Below, in pieces: positions 1 through 8,669 of a stretch of DNA of 64,000 nt (position 1 is the stretch's first letter; every line of letters begins with the position of its first letter). The translations under genes were made by a program, and so were the position numbers. The notes beneath the pieces are model-generated. The model was not told the origin of the DNA. It saw nothing but the letters and a program-made list of their open reading frames with translations, and made no database searches. Source of the DNA: Verrucomicrobiales bacterium (GTDB taxonomy: Bacteria > Verrucomicrobiota > Verrucomicrobiia > Limisphaerales > J093); assembly GCA_037445715.1 (NCBI GenBank), contig JBBIJZ010000001.1:34364-98363 (forward strand), written 5' to 3'.

Positions 1-1
1 C

Positions 2-2035
2 CAACTTGGCACCGCCGTGCCCTACACCCTCAACCCGGCCTCCTACCCGTCCGGCCTCAACGCCCTCTTCCACCAGCAGCCCGACGGCACCTTCCGCGAC
101 GTGGCCGCCGAGCTGGGCGTGCACAACCCCGAAGGCCGCAGCCTGGGCGCGCTCTGGCATGACTTCGATCAGGACGGCTGGCTGGACCTCTACGTGGCCA
201 ACGACGTTTCCGACAACGTCTTTTACCGCAACACCGGCGGCCGCTTCGAGGACCTGAGCCACCCCGCGCTCATCGCCGATTACCGCAGCGCCATGGGCCT
301 GGCCGTGGGCGATTTCGACCGCGACGGGGACGACGACCTGTTCATCTCCCACTGGGTGGCCCAGGAAAACGCCTTCTACGAAAACCTCCTCGTGCATCGT
401 CGCCGCCCCGCCGCCGTGCCCCACCCGGCCCGCCCGCCGACCCCGACAAACACTCCGCCCGTTCCCCCCGCCGCCACGACGGCCCCGACCTCCCCACCCG
501 TGCGCCGCAGCCCGGTGCTCTTCATTGACATCGCCGACCAGAAAGGCCTGGGCCAGATCGCCCTGCCCTACGTGGGCTGGGGCAGCGAATTCGCCGACCT
601 GGACCACGACGGCTGGCCCGACCTGCTGGTGGCCAACGGCAGCACCCTCGAAGCCGAAGGTCCCCTGCCGAAAAAACTCCAGCCCCAGGAGCTGTTCCTC
701 TTCTGGAATCGCCACGGCGAATTCTTCTACAACCTCGCGCCGCTCAACCCGGCCCTGACCGAAAAACACGTCAGCCGCGGCCTGGCCTGCGCCGACTTCG
801 ATCTGGACGGCGACCTGGACTTTGCCGTGGCCGACCTCTCCGAGGGCGTGCGGCTGTTTCGCAACGACCTGGCCGCCGGCCACTGGCTCAAGCTGCGCCT
901 GCGCTCGAAGAACGCTGCCGGCACGGCCTGCGGCTTCGGCGACGGCTCCACCGCCATCGCCTGGATCAACGGCGTGCCCCTGCGCCGCAGCGTCACCGGC
1001 GTGAGCTACCTTTCGCAAAGCAGCCACACCCTCCACTGGGGCCTGGGCGCCGCGCCCCGCGTGGACCGGCTCGAGGTCCGCTGGCACGCCGGGGGCACCA
1101 ACATCTTCGAGGGCGTGGAAGCCAACGCCACCTACGAAGCGGTGGAAGGGGAGCCGACCCTCCGCCGCCTGCCCGCCACCTCCGGGATGCTCCCCTCCGA
1201 CCTGCCCGCCGCCGGGCCCCCCACGACCGGGGTGCAGGCCTCCGGCCAGCCGTCCGACGCTTCTGCGTCGGGTGTGGTGCAGGCCTCCGGCCTGCCCGGT
1301 TCTGCCACCCCACCTTCAGCACCTGAATCCGATGCCGACGCCCGGCAGCGCCTGCTCCAATTCTGGCAAACCCACCGCGCGGCGATGGACGCAATGAAGA
1401 TCGAGCAGGACCGACCCAGGGCCATTCGCTTGTTCCGCGAGGCCATTGCGCTCAACCCCCGGCACGAAGACGCCCGCTACTACCTGGGCCAGTGCCTGGC
1501 CGCCGAGGGTGAGGTGGACGCGGCCCTGGCCGCCTTCGAAGCCCTGCAACAGCTCAACCCCCAGAGCCACCGCGCCTGGCAGCAATGGGGCGTGATCCGC
1601 GCCCTCCACGCCCGCCACGACGCCGACCTCGACGCCGCCGAGCGCGCCCTGGAACGCGCCCACGCCCTCAACCCGGAGGAAACCGGCGCCCTGCTGGTCC
1701 TGGGCGAGGTGGCGCTGCTGCGCGGCAACCTTCCGCTCGCCGAAGAACGTCTGCGCGCCGCCACCCACACCAACCCCCGGGCTGTTGGCGGCTTGTTTCT
1801 CCTCGGCTATCTGGCCTGGAAGCGCGGCGACACGGCCGCGGCCCGCCAATATCTGGAAAAGGCCCGCGCCGCCCTCGGGCCGGACTGGCAACCCAAGGGC
1901 GCCACCAGCGAGGGCGACGTCCAACGCCAGCAACACACCGAACCCTCGCCCCTGGCGACGTGCTGGGCGGACTGGGACGGCCGGCCCGACCCGGGCACCG
2001 CCTTTGCCGCGCTCGAGGCGCGGCTGCGCCGCTGA
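2..2035 (+). CDS. CRTAC1-family secreted protein (FG-GAP/VCBS repeats, ASPIC/UnbV domain, C-terminal TPR repeats); 5' end cut by the window edge
   Basis: Repeated 'DFDxDGxxDL(Y/F)' FG-GAP motifs (DFDQDGWLDLYVAN, DFDRDGDDDLFISH, DLDHDGWPDLLVAN, DFDLDGDLDFAVAD). UnbV/ASPIC-like block (WLKLRLRS...GVSYLSQSSHTLHWGLG...VRW). TPR-like C-terminus (ALNPRHEDARYYLGQCL...). The frame stays open to position 2, so the true start is upstream. Confidence 0.75.
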   Translation, partial: QLGTAVPYTLNPASYPSGLNALFHQQPDGTFRDVAAELGVHNPEGRSLGALWHDFDQDGWLDLYVANDVSDNVFYRNTGGRFEDLSHPALIADYRSAMGLAVGDFDRDGDDDLFISHWVAQENAFYENLLVHRRRPAAVPHPARPPTPTNTPPVPPAATTAPTSPPVRRSPVLFIDIADQKGLGQIALPYVGWGSEFADLDHDGWPDLLVANGSTLEAEGPLPKKLQPQELFLFWNRHGEFFYNLAPLNPALTEKHVSRGLACADFDLDGDLDFAVADLSEGVRLFRNDLAAGHWLKLRLRSKNAAGTACGFGDGSTAIAWINGVPLRRSVTGVSYLSQSSHTLHWGLGAAPRVDRLEVRWHAGGTNIFEGVEANATYEAVEGEPTLRRLPATSGMLPSDLPAAGPPTTGVQASGQPSDASASGVVQASGLPGSATPPSAPESDADARQRLLQFWQTHRAAMDAMKIEQDRPRAIRLFREAIALNPRHEDARYYLGQCLAAEGEVDAALAAFEALQQLNPQSHRAWQQWGVIRALHARHDADLDAAERALERAHALNPEETGALLVLGEVALLRGNLPLAEERLRAATHTNPRAVGGLFLLGYLAWKRGDTAAARQYLEKARAALGPDWQPKGATSEGDVQRQQHTEPSPLATCWADWDGRPDPGTAFAALEARLRR

Positions 2036-2040
2036 ACGGA

Positions 2041-2072
2041 CCCGGCGGGACGGGCAGTTGCCCGTTCCACCC
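2041..2072 (+). repeat. 5' module of a dispersed hairpin-rich intergenic element (cccggcggGAcGGGCAgtTGCCCgttccaccc)
   Basis: A near-identical module recurs in inverse orientation at 63886-63918. It contains the GGGCA..TGCCC hairpin. Confidence 0.7.
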
Positions 2073-2320
2073 AGGGCCGGGTGGGCCGTAGTGGCGAACT
2101 TCCCGGTCTGCTGAGTTGCGGGTTTCCCTACCCGCAGAGATTCCGCCTTCCCCGTGCCCGCCGGCTGGAAGCCGGCGCTACGGCAGGCTGGAAAGCCTGC
2201 GCTACAGGGCCGGGTGGGCCGTAGTGGCGAACTTCCCGGTCTGCTGAGTTGCGGGTTTCCCTACCCGCAGAGATTCCGCCTTCCCCGTGCCCGCCGGCTG
2301 GAAGCCGGCGCTACGGCAGG
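2073..2320. repeat. Tandem direct duplication of a 115-bp unit (2073-2187 and 2206-2320) separated by an 18-bp spacer
   Basis: The two units read identically by eye. Each carries small stem-loops: GCGGGT-ttccct-ACCCGC and GCCGGC-tggaa-GCCGGC. The junction forms GCAGGC-tggaaa-GCCTGC. The repeat lies between convergent genes. Confidence 0.9.
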
Positions 2321-2397
2321 CGGGCGCCGGCCTGCCGGCGCTGTGGCGGTGACGCACGGCACCGCGGGTCTCCAGGTCGGCCCGGCGGCGGGTTGCG

Positions 2398-4755
2398 CTA
2401 CGGCCGGTGCGGCGTTTCTCTCGCACCGCCGCGGCCTCCGCCCAGCAGCAGGCGCAGGCTGTTGAGGACCACCACCACGGTGCTGCCTTCGTGGCCCAGC
2501 ACGCCCAGCGTCAGCGGAATGGCGCCGAACAGCGCCGCCCCCACCAGCACCACCACCGTGCCCAGGGAGAGGACCAGGTTTTGCCAGATCACCCGGCGGG
2601 CGCGCTGGCTGAGGTGGTAGGCGGCCAGGAAGTTTTCCAGCCGGTCGTGCATGAGCACGATCTCGGCCTGCTCGAGCGCCGCGTCCGAGCTGCGCGCGCC
2701 CATCGCCACGCCCACGTGGGCCATCGCCAGGCTGGGGGCGTCGTTGACGCCGTCGCCGATCATGGCCACGCGCCGGCCTTGCAGGGTCAACGCGCGGATG
2801 GCCGCCACCTTGTCCTCGGGGCGGAGTCCGGCGCGCACGTCGTCCAGGCCCAGGGCGGTCTTCAGCGCGGCGGCGGGGCCGGGGCGGTCGCCGGTGAGCA
2901 CCAAGGTTTGAAGGCCCAGTTGGCGCAGCGTGGTCACCAGCTCGCGGGCCTCGGGCCGGAGGTCGTCGCGGAACAAGAGCCGGCCGCGCAGTTCGCCGGC
3001 CGCCAGCCACACCTCGGAATGGGCGGCGTCGGCGGCCGCGGGCACGACCTCCGGCAGCGCGCCGAAGGCGGCCTCGATCCATTCCCGGCGGCCCAGGGCC
3101 ACCGGTTGCCCCCGCCAGCGGGCGCGGATGCCCAGGCCGGCGGCGGACTCGAACTGGTCCAGTTCGACCGGCTCCAACCCCTGTTGTTTGCCGTATCGGG
3201 TCACGGCCCGGGCCAGCGGATGGGTGGAAAGCCGTTCGAGCGAGCAGGCCAGGCGGGCCACCTCGGCCTCGCGACCGGGCGGGAAGCTCTCGATGCGCTC
3301 GATTTGCAGGTCGCCGGTGGTGAGCGTGCCGGTCTTGTCCATGGCCACCACGTCCACTTCGGCCAGTTTTTCCACCGCCGCCCCGCCGCGGAAGAGCACG
3401 CCGCGGCGCGCGCCGCGGGCAATGGCGGCGAGGATGGCCGAGGGGATGGAGAGCACCAGGGCGCAGGGCGAGGCGACCACCAGCAGGGTCATGGCGTGGT
3501 AAAACGCCGTGTGCGCCGGGTTGGGCGCGCGGAAGGCCGGGTACCCGGCCACCAGCCACCACAGCAGAAACATCCCCGCCGTCAGGCCCAGCACCGCGTA
3601 GGTGTAGCCGGAGCCGAACCGGTCGGTGAACCGTTGCGAGGGGGCCTTCAGGTGTTGCGCCTCGCGGATGAGCCGGATGATTTTTTGCAGCGCGCTCTCC
3701 CGGGCCGGGCGCAGGACCACCGCCTCGACCGCCCCCCACAGGTTCAACGTGCCGGCCAGCACGGGGTCGCCCACCGCCTTTTCCACCGGCACCGACTCGC
3801 CGGTCAGGGTGGATTCGTCCGCCGCGGTCGCGCCCTTGACCACTTCGGCATCCACCGGAAAAAGCGTGCCGGGTCGGACCAGAATGCGCTGGCCGGGGCG
3901 CAGTTGGTCCACCGGTGTTTCGACTTCCCGGCCGGCCTGGTCCAGCACCGTGGCCACCTTGGGCGCGGTGCGGAACAGGGCCTTGATCTCGCGCTGGGTG
4001 CGGCCCAGCGCGTAATGCTCGAGCGCGCCGGACAGGGCGAAGAGGAACAGCAGGATCGCGCCCTCGTCCCACTTGCCGATGCTGGCGCTGCCCGCCGCGA
4101 CGGCCAGCATCAGGAAATGCACGTCCAGCACGCGGTGGCGCAGCCGTTCCCAGACCTCGACCGCCGCATACCAACCGCCGGCGAGGTAGGCGGCCAGGTG
4201 CGCGGCCAGTGCGTAGGGGCTTTCGCCCAGCGCCCAGGCCGCGAGCGCCAACGCCCCGCACAGGCCGGCCGCCAGCAGTTGCCATTTCCATTCGTTGAGG
4301 GCGCGCTCGTCCTCGGGCAGCTCCACCTCCCGGGGTACCACCCGCGGCAGGGCAAAGGTGCGCCAGCGCCAGAAACGCGGGGCGGTGGGGCAACTGACCC
4401 GCGCGATGGTGGTCCGCGGGCCTTCCTGGTGAATGACCAGCCGGGCGCGCACCCCCGGGTCCAGCACGGTTTCGCACGACGTGCAGTCCGGCGCACCGGC
4501 GAGCAACTGGCAGTGGCCCCCGCCCGATGCGGCGGGCTGGCAGGCGGCCTGGAGGGTGTCGTGGAGGCGGCGTTCCAGCGCGGCGGTGTCCACCCGGCCC
4601 AGCGTGGCCAGGGACACCGTGTGGTCATCCCGTCGGAGGGTCACCGCTTCGAGGGCCGGTTCCTCGGCAAAGGCCACCGCCACGCTGCGCACCAGGCAGG
4701 GCCCGGCGCCGGGCGAGGCGGGCGGGGTGGGCGAGGTGGACGCAGCGTTCATCAA
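2398..4755 (-). CDS. Heavy-metal translocating P1B-type ATPase (SPC / HEGST signature, possibly P1B-4-like Co/Zn/Cd specificity)
   Basis: DKTGTLT phosphorylation motif, GDGVNDAP hinge, TGES actuator motif (TLTGESVPV), transmembrane 'SPCALV' and 'HEGSTVVVVLNSLRLL'. The N-terminal ~150 aa carries HCQLLAGAPDCTSCE. Confidence 0.9.
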   Translation of the reverse strand: MMNAASTSPTPPASPGAGPCLVRSVAVAFAEEPALEAVTLRRDDHTVSLATLGRVDTAALERRLHDTLQAACQPAASGGGHCQLLAGAPDCTSCETVLDPGVRARLVIHQEGPRTTIARVSCPTAPRFWRWRTFALPRVVPREVELPEDERALNEWKWQLLAAGLCGALALAAWALGESPYALAAHLAAYLAGGWYAAVEVWERLRHRVLDVHFLMLAVAAGSASIGKWDEGAILLFLFALSGALEHYALGRTQREIKALFRTAPKVATVLDQAGREVETPVDQLRPGQRILVRPGTLFPVDAEVVKGATAADESTLTGESVPVEKAVGDPVLAGTLNLWGAVEAVVLRPARESALQKIIRLIREAQHLKAPSQRFTDRFGSGYTYAVLGLTAGMFLLWWLVAGYPAFRAPNPAHTAFYHAMTLLVVASPCALVLSIPSAILAAIARGARRGVLFRGGAAVEKLAEVDVVAMDKTGTLTTGDLQIERIESFPPGREAEVARLACSLERLSTHPLARAVTRYGKQQGLEPVELDQFESAAGLGIRARWRGQPVALGRREWIEAAFGALPEVVPAAADAAHSEVWLAAGELRGRLLFRDDLRPEARELVTTLRQLGLQTLVLTGDRPGPAAALKTALGLDDVRAGLRPEDKVAAIRALTLQGRRVAMIGDGVNDAPSLAMAHVGVAMGARSSDAALEQAEIVLMHDRLENFLAAYHLSQRARRVIWQNLVLSLGTVVVLVGAALFGAIPLTLGVLGHEGSTVVVVLNSLRLLLGGGRGGARETPHRP

Positions 4756-4857
4756 TCAGGCGCGCGGCCTGCACCGGAATCTGGGCCAATTCCGCCGGGC
4801 TGACAAGCCGCGAGCGCCCGGCTCGCCAAGCCCCCCGCGCCCGGGCATAGTCCCGCC

Positions 4858-5424
4858 GTGGCCCTGCCGGACCTCATTCTGGCCTCCGCCTCGCCCCGAC
4901 GTCAGGAACTCCTGCGCCAGTGCGGCGTGCGCTTCGAGGTCGTGCCCGCCGAGGTGCCCGAACGGGACGACGAGGCGCTGACCGCGCGTGAGCTGGCCCA
5001 GCTCAACGCCCATCGCAAGGCCCGTGCCGTGGCCAAGCGCTACCCGGACCGCCTGGTGCTCGGGGCCGACACCGTGGTGGCCTGCGGTCCGCGGTTCTAC
5101 GGCAAGCCCGCGGACCGGGCCGAGGCGCTGCGCATGTTGAGCGAGCTCCAGGGCCGCACCCATGAGGTGGTGACCGGCGTGTGTCTGTTGCATCTGCGCG
5201 CGCACCGCGAGTGCCTTTTTGCCGAATCCACCGCGGTGACCTTCCGGCCGTTGAGCGAGGCACAACTCCGCGACTACCTGACCCGCATCCACCCGCTCGA
5301 CAAGGCCGGCGCCTACGCCATCCAGGAGCATGGCGAGCTGCTCGTGGCCGAAATCGTGGGGTCCTTCTCGAACGTCGTGGGGCTGCCGGTGGAACGGCTC
5401 CTCGCCGTGCTGCGGGACTGGTAG
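4858..5424 (+). CDS. maf: Maf-family nucleoside triphosphate pyrophosphatase (septum formation protein Maf)
   Basis: N-terminus LILASASPRRQELLRQCGVRFEVV, later GADTVV and GAYAIQE. GTG start. Confidence 0.9.
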   Translation: MALPDLILASASPRRQELLRQCGVRFEVVPAEVPERDDEALTARELAQLNAHRKARAVAKRYPDRLVLGADTVVACGPRFYGKPADRAEALRMLSELQGRTHEVVTGVCLLHLRAHRECLFAESTAVTFRPLSEAQLRDYLTRIHPLDKAGAYAIQEHGELLVAEIVGSFSNVVGLPVERLLAVLRDW

Positions 5425-5528
5425 GCCGCCGGGCGGTCCGGCCACGCCGATTCGCGGCGCGAACACGGCCGGGCGTTCCGCAGGCAAGGCTTGAAATCCG
5501 GCCCCGGCAGCCGATAGAGGTGATCTCC

Positions 5529-6965
5529 ATGAGCACCGGTGAACGCGCGGGACGCCAGCCGCGGCGGGGCAGCCAGCGCCGCTCCCGGGCGGTGGTCAAG
5601 GCCGCGGGCCGGAGCGGACGGCTTTGGTGTGTGCTGACTTTGTCGGTCTTGCCCCTCCTGTCCGTGGCGCTCGGCGCTTCCGTGTTGGAGCTGGCCGCCC
5701 GCGGCGTCGTCGAGCACCGGCAGGGCGAGGCGGAACTGGTGTTTCGCCACCCCGATGGCCGACCCGCCGCGGGAGCGCGGGTGGAGGTGCGTCAGACCGG
5801 GCACGAGTTTCGGTTCGGCAACGTGTTTCGGCCCCGGCATTACACGAACGCGCTGTACCGGGCGCGCTTCCAGGAGCTGTTCAACTTCGTCTCGCTGCTC
5901 GAGTTCAACTGGGGCCAGTACGAGCCGGAAGAGGGCCGGCCGCGTCTGGCGGAGCGGCTGGACTTCATCAACGGCTGGTGTCGCGAGTCGGGCCTGACCC
6001 GCTTTTACGGCCACATGCTGGTGTGGACCCCGCAACGCCGCGACCGGTCCGGCTCGCTCCTGCCCGAGTGGCTGTTCCAATACCCGCCGCCCGGGCGCGA
6101 TGACAAGCTGCGCCAGCGCATCGAGCGCGAAGTGCGGGATTACCGCACGGTGGACCTGGTCTGGGACGTGGTCAACGAGGCCATCCACTGCCGTCGCTGG
6201 GGGGCGTGGGACAAGGACGGATGGGGGGACGAGCCCATCCCGGAGGTCGTGCCCTACGTGAGCCAGGCCCTGGCCTGGGCGCACGCGGCCAATCCAAAGG
6301 CCCGCTTGTTGATCAACGATTACCGGGTCATTCCCCGCGGGCGGTACCGGGACCGTTACGTGGACCTGATCCGCCGGCTCCGGGAGGGCGGTGCGCCGCT
6401 CCACGCCGTGGGTATCCAGGCGCATGAGCCCGACCGAGGGGCTTACTGGTTTTCACCGGAGGAAATCTGGGAGGCCTGCGAGGTCTTCGGTACCCGCACC
6501 GGTCTGCCGATCTACTTCACCGAGTTCTGGTACACCTCCGATCCCGCCCGCCGGATCACCGGCACCTACCGCCAGGGGAATTGGGATCCGGAACGGCAGG
6601 CCGAGGCCATTGAGGAATTTTACCGGGTCGCCTTCGGCCACCCGGCGGTCGAGGCCATCATCTATTTCGGTCTGACCGACGCCGACCCGCCGGCGTTTCC
6701 CCGGGTGTGCCTGCTGGACGAACATTACCGGCCCAAGCCGGCCTGGGTGCGGCTGCGACGGCTGCTGCACGAGGAATGGAACACGCACCTGACGACCGCG
6801 GCCTCTGCCGAGGGGCGCGTGCGGTTCAGGGGCTTCTACGGCCGCTACGAGGTCCGCGTGGCGGACAACACGCGACAGTGGCGGTTCACCTTCACCCTGG
6901 GCCGCGGCCGACCGGCCCGTCAGGAATTCATCCTCGACCCCACGCCGGCCCCCACCGGGCCTTGA
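5529..6965 (+). CDS. Glycoside hydrolase family 10-like protein (putative endo-beta-1,4-xylanase) with N-terminal signal/anchor
   Basis: Motifs FRFGN, WDVVNEA (acid/base Glu), GIQAHE, YFTEFW (nucleophile Glu). The start was moved to ATG 5529 (MSTGERAG...hydrophobic LWCVLTLSVLPLLSVALG) because the track ORF start at 5181 overlaps maf. Confidence 0.6.
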   Translation: MSTGERAGRQPRRGSQRRSRAVVKAAGRSGRLWCVLTLSVLPLLSVALGASVLELAARGVVEHRQGEAELVFRHPDGRPAAGARVEVRQTGHEFRFGNVFRPRHYTNALYRARFQELFNFVSLLEFNWGQYEPEEGRPRLAERLDFINGWCRESGLTRFYGHMLVWTPQRRDRSGSLLPEWLFQYPPPGRDDKLRQRIEREVRDYRTVDLVWDVVNEAIHCRRWGAWDKDGWGDEPIPEVVPYVSQALAWAHAANPKARLLINDYRVIPRGRYRDRYVDLIRRLREGGAPLHAVGIQAHEPDRGAYWFSPEEIWEACEVFGTRTGLPIYFTEFWYTSDPARRITGTYRQGNWDPERQAEAIEEFYRVAFGHPAVEAIIYFGLTDADPPAFPRVCLLDEHYRPKPAWVRLRRLLHEEWNTHLTTAASAEGRVRFRGFYGRYEVRVADNTRQWRFTFTLGRGRPARQEFILDPTPAPTGP

Positions 6966-7103
6966 TCTGAGAACGCCGGCCGGGACCGCGCTGCGGCGCG
7001 GCCGCCGGGAGGACCAGGCACGGCACTGGGGCAGCGGCGCCCGACCGGGGGTGCTTTTCCTGCATTTCCCAAGCGGCCGGTGTCGGTGTATCAAGACCCC
7101 ACC

Positions 7104-8573
7104 ATGAAACGCTTGCTCCACCTCGGCCGGGTGCTTCCGGCCGCGCTGGTCCTGGCCGGGTCTTGCCTCCAGCCGGCGGTCGCCGCGCCGCCGCCCAACA
7201 TTGTCTTCATTCTCGCCGACGATCTGGGCATCAACGACCTGGCCGGCTACGGCCGGCGCGACCATCACACGCCGCACCTGGACCGGCTGGCGGCGGCCGG
7301 CACGCGCTTCACCTCGGCCTACTGCGCGCTGCCCATCTGCTCGCCCTCGCGCGCGGCCATCCTGACCGGCCGCCAGCCGGCGCGGTTGCACCTGACCACC
7401 TACCTGCCCGGCCGGCCGGATTGCGCCTCCCAGAAGCTGCGCCATCCGGTCATCCGCCAGGAACTGCCCCTGGAGGAAAAGACCCTCGCCGAACACCTCA
7501 AGGCCGCCGGTTACGCCACCGCCTGCATCGGCAAATGGCACCTGGGCGGCCAGGGCTTCGGCCCGCGCGAGCAGGGCTTTGACTTCTATCACGCCGGCCA
7601 GGCCGTCACCCCACCGTCGGAGACCGAGGGCGGCAAAGGCGAATACGACCTGACCGCGCAGGCGGAGAAATTCATCGAGGCCCACCGCGATCGCCCGTTT
7701 TTCCTCTACCTGGCCCACAACTCGCCCCACATCCCTTACTCCGCCCGGACCGATCTGGTGGCCAGGAACCGCGACGCCTTCGAGCCGGTGTACGCGGCCC
7801 TCATCGAGACCCTGGACGACACCGTCGGCCGGTTGCTGGCGCGACTCGACGCGCTGGGGCTGCGCACCAACACGCTGGTCATCTTCACCTCGGACAACGG
7901 CGGCCTGCACGTGCCCGAAGGACCGCACCCCGCCATCACCCACAACACCCCCTTCCGCGCCGGCAAGGGGTTCCTCTACGAAGGCGGCCTGCGCGTGCCG
8001 CTCATTGTCCGCTGGCCCGGCCGCGTGCCGGCGGGCCGGGTGGTGGACGCCCCGGTGGTGAACACCGACTGGCTGCCCACCCTGCTCGAGCTGGCCGGCC
8101 GGCCCGTGCCGGCGGACCTCGATGGCGTGAGCCTGGCCGCGCTGCTCACCGGCCGCGGCCCGGCACCCCGCCGGCCGCTGTTCTGGCACTTCCCCCACTA
8201 CACCAACCAGGGCGGCCGGCCCGGCGGCGCGGTGCGCGAGGGCGATTGGAAGCTCATCGAACACTACGAAGACGGTCGGGTCGAACTGTTCAACCTCGCG
8301 CAAGACCTTGGCGAAACGAACAACCTGGCCGCGCGCGAACCGGACCGGGTCCACGAACTGCGCACCCGCCTGGCGGCCTGGCGCGAAGCAATGGGCGCGC
8401 AGACCAACACGCCCAATCCGGGCTTCGACCCCGCGCGGCACCGGCCACTGTATGTGGACCTGGACGTGTCGCGCTACGATCCACGCACCGCCAGGGCCGA
8501 CGAGCGGGCGCGGGTCTTGGAATGGCGCCGGCGGATGAACGCCGCCGTGGCCCGCCCGCCCGTGGGGCGATGA
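7104..8573 (+). CDS. Arylsulfatase-A-family sulfatase (formylglycine-dependent), secreted
   Basis: NIVFILADDLG, the CSPSRAAILTG (C-x-P-x-R) formylglycine motif, GKWHLG, and signal peptide MKRLLHLGRVLPAALVLAGSCLQPAVA. Confidence 0.9.
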   Translation: MKRLLHLGRVLPAALVLAGSCLQPAVAAPPPNIVFILADDLGINDLAGYGRRDHHTPHLDRLAAAGTRFTSAYCALPICSPSRAAILTGRQPARLHLTTYLPGRPDCASQKLRHPVIRQELPLEEKTLAEHLKAAGYATACIGKWHLGGQGFGPREQGFDFYHAGQAVTPPSETEGGKGEYDLTAQAEKFIEAHRDRPFFLYLAHNSPHIPYSARTDLVARNRDAFEPVYAALIETLDDTVGRLLARLDALGLRTNTLVIFTSDNGGLHVPEGPHPAITHNTPFRAGKGFLYEGGLRVPLIVRWPGRVPAGRVVDAPVVNTDWLPTLLELAGRPVPADLDGVSLAALLTGRGPAPRRPLFWHFPHYTNQGGRPGGAVREGDWKLIEHYEDGRVELFNLAQDLGETNNLAAREPDRVHELRTRLAAWREAMGAQTNTPNPGFDPARHRPLYVDLDVSRYDPRTARADERARVLEWRRRMNAAVARPPVGR

Positions 8574-8669
8574 GCAGGGAGCAAGGCCCCGTGCCGGGCC
8601 GGTGGCGCCGGTTTCGCGGTTGACGAGTTGCCGCCCCCCCCGCAACGTCACACCCTTTAATTGCGGGCG

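Noticed and set aside
2073-2320. A possible CRISPR array, given direct repeats with a spacer.
   Set aside because: There are only two copies of a 115-bp unit with an 18-bp spacer. Repeat length, spacer length and copy number are all wrong for CRISPR, and there are no cas genes in the window.
2261-4803. Alternative ORFs 2261-4477 (-) and 2407-4803 (+) overlapping the ATPase.
   Set aside because: Only the 2398-4755 (-) frame contains DKTGTLT, GDGVNDAP and TGES. The other frames are compositional artefacts.
5181-5528. The upstream extension of the GH10-like ORF (track start at 5181).
   Set aside because: It overlaps the 3' half of maf in another frame and encodes Arg/Pro-rich filler. ATG 5529 precedes a credible charged-then-hydrophobic leader.
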